DNA of 61,510 nt, counting the filler, from Dugesia japonica (lineage: Eukaryota), in the NCBI GenBank assembly GCA_001938525.1. It is 4 parts of 4 records of this genome, joined end to end, with 100 filler letters (N's around TTAATTAATTAA, not from the genome) between each part and the next. Parts side by side here need not be neighbours in the genome. Positions count along the whole stretch, not along the records: positions 1 to 11,000 come from MQRL01637250.1; positions 11,101 to 30,055 come from MQRL01606828.1; 2 more parts are not named here. One strand, 5' to 3'. Shown in pieces: positions 1 to 12,230 of the stretch (positions are counted from its first letter, which is position 1; every line of letters starts with the position of its first letter). The translations under genes were made by a program, and so were the position numbers. The notes beneath the pieces are model-generated. The model was not told the origin of the DNA, did not search any database, and was given only the letters and a program-made list of their open reading frames with translations.

Positions 1-159
1 TTGGCAATCGATCAAAAGTCCTTACGTGATTGATTGGTAGATCGCGATTGACGTTATTGACACCCCTGATATATATTATTTAATTTCTACTAATCAGCTA
101 TATTTATTTTAAAAATAAGATACAATGGATGGACAAGTGTGACAATTAAAATAAATAAA

Positions 160-320
160 TAAGTATTTTGCAATTGCAATTATTGCGACAATAATTGTTG
201 GACGTAACCACTGATCGTTTTTTGAATTCATTTAAAATAAAAGCTTCAATCAAAAATTGTATTTTTGAGATTGAATCAATATTTTGACTTTGTCTTCGTC
301 AGGAATTGACTTTTTTTGCT
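160..320 (-). repeat. Copy of dispersed repeat with hammerhead-like core (Penelope pLTR/retrozyme-like)
   Basis: Reverse complement reads CTGACGA-A-GAC-AAA-GTC-AAAA (GAAA mutated). Flanks are shared with copies at ~1960-2040, 4585-4910, 18486-18615 and 43560-43775. Confidence 0.55.
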
Positions 321-329
321 ATATATATA

Positions 330-670
330 GTGAATTAGGCGTTAAATACTTTGCTTTTTTGATTTAATACGAAAATATCGAAAGACTTTTTACTCAATCC
401 AGTAAAATCAGAAGTTAATCTTTCTTGACTTTTCTAAAGTTCTTCAAATGCTTTCTTCCTTAATTAACTTACAAGATATTTAGTACTAAATGACGCGTGT
501 TTAGTTGTAAAGTGTTTCTCCAAATTTGAATTCTTTCTATGCACCAATATTTCCTGACAAATAAGACAGGCCAGAAGGTCATTTAAGTTTCGAACAAATA
601 CGAAAATTTTAGTCTAAACAACTTTAAATTCACGTGTTTCGACTTTCGTTTTTTTGTAGCCACATTAAAT
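330..670 (-). pseudogene. hAT (Buster/SPIN/GTF2IRD2-like) transposase N-terminal zinc-finger fragment
   Basis: Manual minus-strand translation gives FVRNLNDLLACLICQEILVHRKNSNLEKHFTTKH (CxxC...H...H), with stops downstream. Confidence 0.6.
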
Positions 671-2987
671 CAGATTGCATACAAAAGTTATTTCATTTTA
701 TAATAATAAAGATACAAACACAAAATAAATACAATTTTCAATGTATGACAAAATTATTTGTTGTATTTATAGCTGGTTGAAAACAATGCAGATAACTTCT
801 TGCTTTGAGTAGGGTACTTTTGGTACCAACGTGCAACTTGCAGATGTGANNNNNNNNNNNNNNNNNNNNNNNNNNNNNNNNNNNNNNNNNNNNNNNNNNN
901 NNNNNNNNNNNNNNNNNNNNNNNNNNNNNNNNNNNNNNNNNNNNNNNNNNNNNNNNNNNNNNNNNNNNNNNNNNNNNNNNNAAACCTTTTTGAGACCGAG
1001 TAAAAAGACTAAAAAATAACTGGCTAATATAAATTCATTGTAAAACTTTGAAAACAATTTATCTTGATAATTATTTGTTTCTAAAAAAATCGAACGAATT
1101 CCGTTCCCTAATTTTTGTCATTTAACTACCATTCATGAATATTAATGATTTTCATGTTTCGATACCGTTTTGCGTGCCTATTAATAAATAAATATTTTTT
1201 ATATTTTCAGCTGACCAGAATTAGCCCATCCCTGCTCTAAGGTAACAAAAAACGGTGGTGGTTGGATTTTTGAATCCAAGGTTATGAAGATATTTACGTC
1301 AGGTTGAAGGATTGAATTAGAAACATAAAATGAGTATCGTCATAAGATGAATGTCAAAATAGAATGGCAAGGGAATTGGTAAATGCAACTCTTCGAGAGA
1401 GAAACTTCAGATTGGGCCGAGATATTACAGGAGGTAGAAATCGAAAAATTATGCAACGAAGCAAAAAACAACACAAAAGAGAATGTAAAAGAAATGTAAT
1501 ATGAAGAAAAATTTGTTGTTTGAATATCCTACTTGATTTTTACAGAGTGGAAAAAGCTTGAATTAAACGTTTTTTTTCTAATGCAATTTTTCGCGAAATT
1601 TTAAAGTTTTACGAGTATTTCATTTCATTTTATTTCATTGTAATTTTATAGAACGGTAAATTTTAATATTGTACATTCAAGAATTANNNNNNNNNNNNNN
1701 NNNNNNNNNNNNNNNNNNNNNNNNNNNNNNNNNNNNNNNNNNNNNNAAGGAATATTCAATAGAAATTGATGTATGTATACCTCACAAATGCAACATTAAT
1801 AGGTTAAAAAGTTGATCATCAAAATATTTTTTAAAAAACCTTCAAAATGAAAATAATATTAATAAAATTAAATCTCATCATTAACCAATAACTTATTTGA
1901 ATTTACAATATTTTCTTTTAATACAATTAAGATATCAATTTCTTAACGTTATTTACAAATATTTTATAATTACAATTATTGTGAGAATAATTGCTGGACT
2001 TAACCATTGATCGCATTTGAGATTTCATTAAAATATTTATTTATGTAACAAATAAATTTTTTTTAAAAATTGAGATTTTAATGTGACATGAACAGTACAC
2101 ATATTACATATAACGATAAAGATAAGAGCAGAAAACAATTTCCTTTAAATTAAATAACTAAGTAACGAGTGATTTGATTAATTTAATATTGATTTGTACT
2201 AATAATTTTGTTTGATTAGTTGCGATAAAAAATGAATTTCTTTAATATCTATTATTTAATTCCCTCTCTATATAGAGGTAGCACAACAAATATAAACAGA
2301 AATCCTCAGATCATTTCCCATTCGACTAGAACATAAAGGAAAATTATGATTAAATTTTAGATTTATAAATATGAAAATACGAAAAATATTTTTCTAAATT
2401 ATTACGTAATTAGTCGTTTAAACAAATTAAAATTTTTATTAAAATTTTTTTATTTGATTAAAATTTCTTAAATTAATAATCGTTTTTAAAATTTTAGTCT
2501 ATTAATTATAAACAAATTTATTAAAAAATCTTTTTGATAAAATTCAAGTCATTTACTTTATGTAAAAAATATTTGAAAAATTCATTAAAATTACTAAAAA
2601 TTCTAATTAATATTTTTACGGATAGTTTTTCAAAAAAAGATGAATTTTTTACCATTTAAAAATATATTTTAATTAGGCATGTGTATCGAGAATAGAACAA
2701 TCCCTATATTTCATTAATCAATTATTATTTTTAAATTAATATTTTATCAATATTAATTAGCTCATCNNNNNNNNNNNNNNNNNNNNNNNNNNNNNNNNNN
2801 NNNNNNNNNNNNNNNNNNNNNNNNNNNNNNNNNNNNNNNNNNNNNNNNNNNNNNNNNNNNNNNNNNNNNNNNNNNNNNNNNNNNNNATAAACAAATTCCA
2901 TTGATCAGTTGTTGGAGCAAATTTTATTGTCATTTAATTTCAATTGGTTGAATGGATTTGCTAAATAAAAATTTATTTGATAATTCT

Positions 2988-2994
2988 TATATAA
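2988..2994 (+). promoter_or_regulatory. Candidate TATA box of bHLH gene
   Basis: TATATAA ~30 bp upstream of ATG 3024; weak evidence in AT-rich DNA. Confidence 0.3.
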
Positions 2995-3023
2995 GGCCAA
3001 GAGAAAATTAATTTATTATTGAA

Positions 3024-3488
3024 ATGAATGAAATAGAAGATTGCTGCGGATCGACTGCTATTAGTCAGTCAGAATCGGATTCAAATCAAAATACCATGAT
3101 GATTAATAAAGTAAATGGACAAAAATATTCTACTGACAGACGATATGCTGACAGTATTTTCAAACCATTAAGATTGAGTATAAATGCCAGAGAAAGACGT
3201 CGAATGCATGATCTGAATGATGCATTAGATGAGCTGAGAAGTGTTATTCCGTATGCCCATAGTCCATCAGTGAGGAAATTGTCAAAAATTGCTACTTTAC
3301 TTCTAGCGAAAAACTATATTCTAATGCAAGCGAGTGCTTTAGAAGAATTGAGAAAAACAATAATGATAATGAATAACAGATACCAGTCAAGAAGTTATTT
3401 AAATAATATAAAATACGAACATTCTACTCAGAAAATTGCAAATAAAGAGTTACAATCGGATAATATATCTATTCAAAAACATCTCTGA
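3024..3488 (+). CDS. bhlhe22/23: bHLH transcription factor, BHLHE22/BHLHE23 (Olig/Beta3, Drosophila Oli-like) family
   Basis: [54 protein letters not shown] is the family signature. Uninterrupted ORF with AATAAA at 3545-3550. Confidence 0.95.
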   Translation: MNEIEDCCGSTAISQSESDSNQNTMMINKVNGQKYSTDRRYADSIFKPLRLSINARERRRMHDLNDALDELRSVIPYAHSPSVRKLSKIATLLLAKNYILMQASALEELRKTIMIMNNRYQSRSYLNNIKYEHSTQKIANKELQSDNISIQKHL

Positions 3489-4584
3489 CATCGATTTTTA
3501 TTACTATTATAATAATTATTAAGTGAAGTTTGTAATTTTATGAAAATAAATGTTTACTTGAAGATATCTGATTTATAGTTATTTTGTTGTTAAGAAATTG
3601 GTATTTAATGAATTTTTTTTGGAAATTTTTCATCAATTAATTTTGGTGTAATTGTTTTTTCAATAATAATCCTTGGATTTTTCTTAATTTTATATCTTAA
3701 TATCAAAGTTGATATTTGAAAACTAAAAATTCAAAATGGTTTGACAATAAATAAAAATGATAAATTAAAATTTTTATTTCCTCTTTTTTTACTGATAGAA
3801 GTGTTTTTTTNNNNNNNNNNNNNNNNNNNNNNNNNNNNNNNNNNNNNNNNNNNNNNNNNNNNNNNNNNNNNNNNNNNNNNNNNNNNNNNNNNNNNNNNNN
3901 NNNNNNNNNNNNNNNNNNNNNNNNNNNNNNNNNNNNNNNNNNNNNNNNNNNNNNNNNNNNNNNNNNNNNNNNNNNNNNNNNNNNNNNNNNNNNNNNNNNN
4001 NNNNNNNNNNNNNNNNNNNNNNNNNNNNNNNNNNNNNNNNNNNNNNNCAATTTAAATTTTTTTTATTTTAAAATAGTACAAATTGCACTTTTTACATATT
4101 ACGTTATATATTTTTGATTTTCCATGTACAAAAATCTCCCGGATAAGTACGCAAATAAAATGAAAAAAATTGGATCATTATTTCATTTAAAATAATTTAC
4201 AAATATTTTGTGCCTTGAATGATTTGATCGACATGTCATTTGCAAAAGATTTTGCTTTTGAAATAACTCGTATTGGTGGAACTGGTAGCTGAGCTCTTCA
4301 CTTCCCTTCAATTCACAGAAACAACTTGCCTTTAAGTTTTGAATACTGCAAAATGAAATGTTTTTCTTTTCGTTTTCTTCGACAAAAGAGCTGAGCCTTT
4401 TCCTACGATGTTTTTGTTTGACTGAAGTTTTCAGTAAGCTCATAATATGTTGCTAGAGAACGTTTACTTGGAAGATTTTGTGTGGTGAGCTATTCAATAA
4501 TTTCATTTTTTTCTGCTTCACTTAGGCGCTTCATTTGGAATAAAGATTTTTTACCAACCAAGTTATGTAAACAATAAACGTAAT

Positions 4585-4910
4585 TGTTTTACAATTGCAA
4601 TTATTGCGAGAATAATTGTTGGACATAACCATTGATCGTTTTTCAGAATTCATTTAAAATCAAAGCTTCGATCAAAATTTGTTTTTTTTTTGGTTTTTTG
4701 AGATTAATTCAAATTAATTTCAATTCGAATTAATCTCAGAAATTAATTAAAAAAATTAATTCATTAATTAAAAAAAAGTCAATTCAAAACGAAAACAAGG
4801 TCGAAATATTAATGAAAAAACATAAATTTTTATCGAAGCTTTTATTTTAAATAATCTCAAAAAAACAATAAAACAAATTTTGATCGAAGCTTTTATTTTA
4901 AATGAATAAA
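4585..4910. repeat. Inverted pair of the hammerhead-like repeat, upstream of the Penelope ORF
   Basis: 4585-4720 matches 160-275 in the same orientation. 4770-4910 is in the opposite orientation with a degenerate core (ACGAAAACAAGGTCGAAA). Confidence 0.55.
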
Positions 4911-5933
4911 CGTAATATCTGTACAGACGATTTGACTCTTTCGTTGATATTATGTGTAGACCAAAGAAGAATACACGTATCAGTATGATACTGACAAGTT
5001 ATTGCATCATATTGCACAATATTTAAAACAGAATTTATGTTAATTAAGAATTTTACCTCCACCGCCAATATGCGTACTTAACCGGGAAATTAATGCATTA
5101 CAAATAATTTCATATATATATATATATATATATATTCAAAAACATATTGAACAAATTGCTTTGATCTAAATAAAATGAGGAAACGCAATTTTTTAAAACA
5201 TTTATTCGTAAGACATTTTTCGGACAAATCTATGTTCGTAATCAGTTACTGTGGTTAAATAACAAGGAAATTGTTTATTTACTGGCCAATAAAACCTGTT
5301 ACGTTATCAATCCAATAAAATAAGATTAATTTTATAAGATAAACTTGCTAAACTTAAATTAATGTTTTATATTTCTGATTTTAATATTCAAAATACAATA
5401 ATAAATCATTCAAACTATACTGTAACTGATAATGAATTTGATCTCTTAAAACTTGGCCCATCACATTGTATTAAATATAAAATAGATGAACTTAATCTTA
5501 AGGCTCAAATTGAAGCGGCATTTTCTAAATTGCTCCTTTCAGAGAGTTCAAATAAACANGATTTGCTAAATAATAAGTTTAATATTCAATCCTCTGTTAC
5601 TAAATTTATTAACAAGAATAAACACCTTAATTTTAAGGATGAAAAAATATTGAAATGAATAAAAAAGAAAGATTTGAGAATTTGCAAATTTGATAAAGGT
5701 GTTGGAGATCCACCTGAGTCACTTAACAAAAAGTGGTTGGCTGAGGAAAAAACAGCCCTCAGGGGACCATTTCAAGAATTTAACCTAAAGCCCCTAGTTT
5801 AGGTATTCAGTGTAGATTGGTTGACTTCCTACTTCATGTGAGGTGCACACACGTACACCTTTAATTTGGGTTCATGATTTTCCCTTAAATAATTCAAACA
5901 AAACATCATTTCAAAGCATCTATTATTAAAACA

Positions 5934-6883
5934 TTATAATTCATCCAAAACGCCAGGGTCGAGCCACTGGGCTGGGTCAGTTAACAAGAAATTGAACGAA
6001 GCTAGGTCATCGTTGTCGTCNCATTGCTCCCAAGTGGNNNTCCCGCCAAGTTGGCGGGAGAGGTCAGAAATATATTGTTTTAAGAAGTCAATTTTCCTTT
6101 GCAAGGATTGTTTAATCTCCTCCTCGAGGGCTTTTGTTTGGATAGCTAGCTCACTTTGTTTTTTAACTATCATATCAAGTTTCTTCATCAGTTTATCTCG
6201 CTGAGTAAGATGATTTAGGAGTGCCCTGTCTGTTTTCCGTTTAAGGTGCCTTTCTACTAAGAGACGGCGTATTATTCTGTGACAACGTCGAATACTATTT
6301 GAGAAGATAATTTAAGGCACTGAAAGAAAATTATTAATGACATTCATATTTCGTTCATGATAAAACTAAATATAAAGACGGAAATAATTCAGACGAAATT
6401 AAACACAATAGACAAATATATTAGATTGCAGTAAAACAAGGTTTACGAACGAGAGGTCTGGACCCCTTTATCCACCATCAGTGATATTAGGGGCATGATT
6501 TTTCTCAAGTTCATAATATCACCCACCAGTTTATTCTCTCGGTCTTGGTTGGACCGGATAATATCGGTAAGGGNNNNNNNNNNNNNNNNNNNNNNNNNNN
6601 NNNNNNNNNNNNNNNNNNNNNNNNNNNNNNNNNNNNNNNNNNNNNNNNNNNNNNNNNNNNNNNNNNNNNNNNNNNNNNNNNNNNNNNTCGCTTGGCCAAC
6701 TTATAGAGATCCCAAGTGATCTCGGTTTCGTCACTAGAAGCCCTCACTTTCTTGGTCGGGGACGCAACGCGATTCAGTGAGGAGTGCACTAGAAGAAAAC
6801 GAAATTGAGTAAACACGATAAAAAGATTGGGTGAATAGCACCAACCACTTACACCTATGGTTACTCAGTGGACATTTATTCAT
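5934..6883 (-). pseudogene. Predicted 3-exon gene: NLS, basic region plus leucine-zipper-like coiled coil, acidic tail (one in-frame TAA, N gap)
   Basis: Exon 1 6883-6853; intron GTAAGT...TTCTAG 6852-6789 (64 nt, frame preserved); exon 2 6788-~6451; intron to TTTCAG 6320; exon 3 6319-5934, in frame with ORF 5934..6188. Confidence 0.55.
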
Positions 6884-6992
6884 CGTTAATGTTATTTTTA
6901 ATAAAAGGAAAATTTACGTGACAAAAAGATTTGGTTAAAATTCCGGAACAATTATGTATTTTATTGTAACACACCAAAAAAAATATAAATCA

Positions 6993-7340
6993 CTAATGAG
7001 TAGGTGCTGAATCAGCCACGGGTGCGGTATTCTCTGAATCTTCGCTACCCGAGGGTTCTCTTACATCCCATAATAAATTGTTAATAAATGCCTGCACCGC
7101 TGGGGATGTGGGTAAAGGTTGGTACTGAAACGACGTGGCAAGGGTTTGGGCAGGCCCCGTCCAGTTCTGGTAACTTTGTCGTTCACCAAAGTCTTGGATT
7201 CTGGCCACCATGGCCTCTATCGGAGGTAAGTTAGACCGATCGGATAAAATACCGGCATCCCGACGATGAGGGTTTCTATGTCGTCGGAAAATGATGCGAC
7301 GAGTCCTGCGGTCAATCACTCATTCCCATATTGATTCCAT
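6993..7340 (-). CDS. Small Arg-rich hypothetical protein within insertion (stop near N-terminus)
   Basis: MESIWE*VIDRRTRRIIFRRHRNPHRR...; AATAAA ~30 nt after the stop codon. Confidence 0.35.
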
Positions 7341-10300
7341 TCTGGAACATAAAATTGAATTTATCATAACATGCGAGTATATTCATCAGTAAACAGATCA
7401 GATAAAAATAAGAAATAAAAATTTAAATTAGACATTTGCTCAGGCTTGAATTTTTTATTTCAATTAAATTAATTGTATTATCGCAAAGACCCTTCTTCCT
7501 CATCTACATCTACTTTCGCTGTCAACGGAAACATCTCGGTGAAGCAAATCAAATCCGTTTCGTCAGGATGCAAAATCAGGCTGGGAGCTATGAGATGCCC
7601 GATTAATTGCCTTTTGCGTTATCGTTCGCGCTCTCGTTGAATGAATTGGAGAGTCGTTAAGAGTATATCCGACACGGAATATCTGAAACAGATTCACATT
7701 ACTATACCATCCGTAAGAAATCATTATTCCCACAAATTTTACTGGTAGAAGTAACACTCGTGACTTTACTATAATCGAAAATGCCAAGAATAAATTCACT
7801 CTATGGAGTTCTCACGAACCTGAATATAATAGTTAAGGTGAGTAGCAGGGATAGACGCAATAGCACTATTTCCTTTTTCCCATAATTTTAGTAAGATTTG
7901 CTTCCACAGGATCCAGCTAATAATGCTAGTCAATGGTATCAGTGGTGATGCCAGTGAAAGGAATAATATGAGTTTTAATATCACTAATAGTAAATGTTTT
8001 AACCATCAACTAATACACTAATAGTATATCCATCTATTATTATTTTAATATTTCTACTGAGGTTTATAATATCTATATATGATTATATATCATTATTATA
8101 ATGTTATTTTAATGTTATTATATGTTGTTAGATATAGTTATACTCATAATTATTTATAATTATTTTTATTCCTCTTATATTAGTTGTTAAAAAACAAATA
8201 CAAATATTTGGTCTTATAGTGTGATTTTAATTTTAATTAAAATTGGGCGTTACTGGTTACCTAGCACCTCGAAGGTCATATCTGGTTTGGTGGTAATAAT
8301 TCCGATACAAACTGGCGCGTAGAAAAATAACTGTGGGTGTGCTGGATAACAGACTAATGTTATTTTATAACGATGATTAAAATAATTTATCACTATCACT
8401 ATGGTAGTAATTTTTGTTAGTTAATATACCTACTATGTCGACTTAATTCACTGACGATGTCAGTCAGTCATTGCATATACATATTAATCTTCAGTTGAGA
8501 TTAGCTTTAACAAATTTACTCATTTTTTTCAGATAAAGCTTGTAGCTTGGTAGTAAATTGATCTATGCGTGATAACTAATCACGGTTTTTTTTCAACGAT
8601 TATAATGGTGGTAGAATTTCGTTGATAACTGTTCTCGGATAATTGTCAAATTCGCGGCTTTTGATTTGAATTTTTTAGTTATTTGTGGTTTGTAGTTGTT
8701 TTTTTGTAGTTGTTTCTGCTAATTCCATGATTCATTTTATAAGATTTTTCTTCACACCCCAACTTCTTTCATATTCGCTGGTTATTTTTAATTCGAGTTT
8801 ACTGCTTCCTATTGGTTCTACTGGCAATTTTCTGAAATTTTTTCAGAGTTTTAGAATTATAATTGGCGGTTATTTTTAAATCATCAGGTGAGGCTTAGTG
8901 CTTTGTTTTATTTTTNNNNNNNNNNNNNNNNNNNNNNNNNNNNNNNNNNNNNNNNNNNNNNNNNNNNNNNNNNNNNNNNNNNNNNNNNNNNNNNNNNNNN
9001 NNNNNNNNNNNNNNNNNNNNNNNNNNNNNNNNNNNNNNNNNNNNNNNNNNNNNNNNNNNNNNNNNNNNNNNNNNNNNNNNNNNNNNNNNNNNNNNNNNNN
9101 NNNNNNNNNNNNNNNNNNNNNNNNNNNNNNNNNNNNNNNNNAAATAGTTATTTTGATTAATGATTTTCTTGTTTTTATTATTGGTTTTGGTAATTTTCCT
9201 AATTCATGTGGTTGATGAACATCATCTTTATTCGCCCAATTTTTTCTATGGCTATCTTCTGAATTTTCATTCTTTTAAGGTTTATATGTAGCGTCTGGTT
9301 TATGACCGGGACTGTTTTTTTCTAACGGGCCCTTGTGACGCCCTTACTATTCTTCTTTACTGATTGGAGCTTATGNNNNNNNNNNNNNNNNNNNNNGTGT
9401 TTCGCCCCAACAAAGGCAATAGACTAATTATCATGAACAAGAATGATTATAACAGTAAAATGATGATGATATTGACTGCAAATAAATTTGAACGATTAAA
9501 CCTAAGAAAGAATATCGTACCATCCTCAATTAATGATGAAAATCGACTATTAAAATTTTAAATAAATTAAAAAAAGGAAATCACATAAATAGTTTAATTT
9601 CAAATTCTATATTATGCTATGGAAATCAGCCTGCAAAGCTTTATGGCTTACCAAAAGTACATAAACCTGACGTCCCTTTAAGACCCGTTTTATCAATGAT
9701 AAACACAGTGCAATACAAAGTTGCTAAAATACTTGAAAAAATGGTTAAACCATTAATATTTAATGAGACACTGTAAGGATACTTTTGAATTCATAAATTT
9801 CTTAAAAAATAAACAACTGATCTGAGATAAGGGAATTACGGTTTCATTTGATATAGTTAATCTGTTCACAAACGTTCCTATAAATGAGACTATCAATATA
9901 TGTGTTGATCTCTAGGAAAATCATTACGCAAATTTAAACTATAAATTTGATAAAACAGCTATGAAGGAACTGTTGAACTTTTGCTGTAAAGATGTTAATT
10001 CTTTATTTAATAATAATTGGTTCTCTCATAAAGATGGTGTTGCAATGGGTTCTCCGTTGGCACCGACATTAGCTTCATTATTTTTGTCTAAATTAGAGTC
10101 ACAAATTACTAATTTTTTCGTTACTCAACCCATAGAATACAAAATATACGTAGATGATATCTTCCTTATTTTTAAAGATCAAGATGATATACTACCTTTC
10201 CTTGAATATATGAACAGTCTTCATCAAAATATGAAATTCACTATAGAAGTTGAAAAAGAAGGTAAACTATCATTCTTAGATGTTCTTGTTTGTAGATAGG

Positions 10301-11000
10301 GTTGCAACTAAATACTTCACTTTATATAAAATCAACAGACACAGGAGTTTATACCACTCCTAAAAGGTTTTGTGATGATCGATATAAGAATGGATTAATA
10401 AAAGGTTTGGTTCATCGAGTGTGGTATATATCATCAAGCTAATGGATATTATCAAAAAATGATGTATAATAATATAAGGAGTACTCTAAAAAAACTGGGC
10501 TCAACATCAAATAATGACCAAGAAGAAAACATTAAAAATAATCAAGACAAATTAACTATAAAACTATTATTCTCGGAAGGATTAAAATCATTAAAATGCT
10601 CCCTCATGAAATTTTTTGATGATAATAAATTTAGATTTATTTTCACTTCAAAGAAAGCCTCAAGTTATTTAAGTAACAAATCTACTACACCAAAAGCTTT
10701 GATCGCTAACCTAGTATATCAATTTAATTGTAACGGGTGTGATGACACATACATTGGAGAGACAAAACATCATCTTCACACACGTGTTAGCGAGCATATG
10801 CAATTGAGTAGGAAAAGTTCGGTTTTAGATCATGCCTGTTGCTGCAAAAAATAGAAAAGGCAAAAAAAGAATTAATGAGATTACAGTTTTGAACAGCGGT
10901 TTTTGTGACTATTTTGAAAGAATGGTGTGTGAAGCTTTGATAATTGGGTTGCATAATCCGATTCATAACACTCAAATTGACACACATTCACTTTTAAGTT

Positions 11001-11100
11001 NNNNNNNNNNNNNNNNNNNNNNNNNNNNNNNNNNNNNNNNNNNNTTAATTAATTAANNNNNNNNNNNNNNNNNNNNNNNNNNNNNNNNNNNNNNNNNNNN
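11001..11100. other. Artificial contig linker
   Basis: 44 N + TTAATTAATTAA (stop codons in all six frames) + 44 N. Confidence 0.9.
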
Positions 11101-11235
11101 TATGATATGTAAAGGTTCCATAGTAATATGGTCAATTATGTTTAAAGGTTCCATAGTTATATGGTCTATGATATGTGAAGGTTCCATAGTAATATGGTCA
11201 GTTATGTTTAAAGGTTCCATAGTAATATGGTCAAA
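11101..11235. repeat. ~33-bp minisatellite, about 4 units
   Basis: Recurring AAGGTTCCATAGT(A/T)ATATGGTC. Confidence 0.9.
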
Positions 11236-11399
11236 ATGTGTCAAAGATGTCTAATATGTGCTAATTAATATAAAAAAAATGTCATGTATTGAATAAGTAA
11301 CAGTTGTCTTGGAATTCCTGACCATTTTGCGGATCTGAGTCTACTCAACTATTGACGATGATGACTGATTATTTTTTTTAAAACAATTGTAGCGGTGTT

Positions 11400-11630
11400 C
11401 AAATATGTCCGAATGTGAACGGATAGAAATACTGCTACCGGAGATGCACATACTGTAATTGAGCTTAGTCTTGTTAAAACTACGCAAGCTAATCAATAAG
11501 TTCAATTATGAGCGGACTCGAATTGGATGCTAAAGATCTTGATGGATTCGCTCCGTCGAACTGTACATGTCGGAGGAGGTAATGTAATGGTATGGAAGGT
11601 AAACAAGACTGTTACTGAAACATTCATGAA
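11400..11630 (+). pseudogene. Tc1-like transposase relic
   Basis: VGGGNVMVW resembles the Tc1 GGGSVMVWG motif. Confidence 0.4.
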
Positions 11631-11779
11631 AATAATTAATAATAATTAAAACTAATCTACATAATAAAAAGAAANNNNNNNNNNNNNNNNNNNNNNNNNN
11701 NNNNNNNNNNNNNNNNNNNNNNNNNNNNNNNNNTGCATAAATATATAAACTGTCCATAACATGCATAAATTTCTTCTAA

Positions 11780-12050
11780 TATTATCTTAAAAAATATTAA
11801 GACTGCCCATATCTTGTTATAAAATCTTAAAAAAATATCAAGACTGCCCATATCTTGTAATAATATCCTAAAATATCAAGACTGCCCATATCTTGTAATA
11901 ATATCCTAAAATATCAAGACTTCCCATATCTTGTTATAAAATCTTAAAAAAATATCAAGACTGCCCATATCTTGTAATAATATCCTAAAATATCAAGACT
12001 GCCCATACCATGCATAAATATAGAGACTGCCCATACCATGCATAAATAAA
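11780..12050. repeat. ~38-41-bp tandem repeat
   Basis: Recurring AAGACTGCCCATATCTTGT units. Confidence 0.9.
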
Positions 12051-12104
12051 TTAATTGTATTAAATTTAATTATATTAAAAAGATTTCTCCCGATTGAAAT
12101 GAAA

Positions 12105-12230
12105 AACTTTGAATTTCCCATCAAAAATATTTTTTGAATTTCCCGCTAAAAATTTTTTTTGAATTTCCCGCCAAAAAGATTTTTTTGAATTTCCCGCCAA
12201 AAGTTTTTTGAATTTCCCACCAAAAAATAT
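12105..12230. repeat. ~23-25-bp tandem repeat with TTTCCCGCCAAA core
   Basis: Five TTGAATTTCCC units, several continuing GCCAAAA. Confidence 0.85.

Larger units (their letters stand above)
5700..9412 (-). mobile_element. 3.7-kb TG...CA insertion with 4-bp TSD (large solo LTR of a Gypsy-type element, or non-autonomous Ginger-like element)
   Basis: AAGG(5696-5699)|TGTTGG ... CCAACA|AAGG(9413-9416). Excision restores Penelope codons TTT GAT AAA GGC AAT AGA (FDKGNR). Confidence 0.85.
5340..11000 (+). mobile_element. Penelope-like retroelement (degraded RT + GIY-YIG), split by insertion 5700-9412; 3' end runs into contig linker
   Basis: N-terminal NHSNYTVTDNEFDLLKLG and FDKG/NRLIIMNK. RT motifs LYGLPKVHKPDVPLRPVLS, VSFDIVNLFTNVP, GVAMGSPLAP, YVDDIF, FLDV. 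EN motifs LVYQFNCNGCDDTYIGET..LHTRVSEH and EALII..HNP.HN. Multiple stops and frameshifts. Confidence 0.93.

Noticed and set aside
767-4055. ORFs dominated by X residues (also 8888-9215, 14224-14486, 31424-31732)
   Set aside because: Open only because of N gaps
11053-11244. ORF with DHITMEP repeats
   Set aside because: Translation of a 33-bp minisatellite that ends in the artificial linker
11780-12050. CRISPR-like regular repeats
   Set aside because: Head-to-tail tandem units without unique spacers, no cas genes, eukaryotic context
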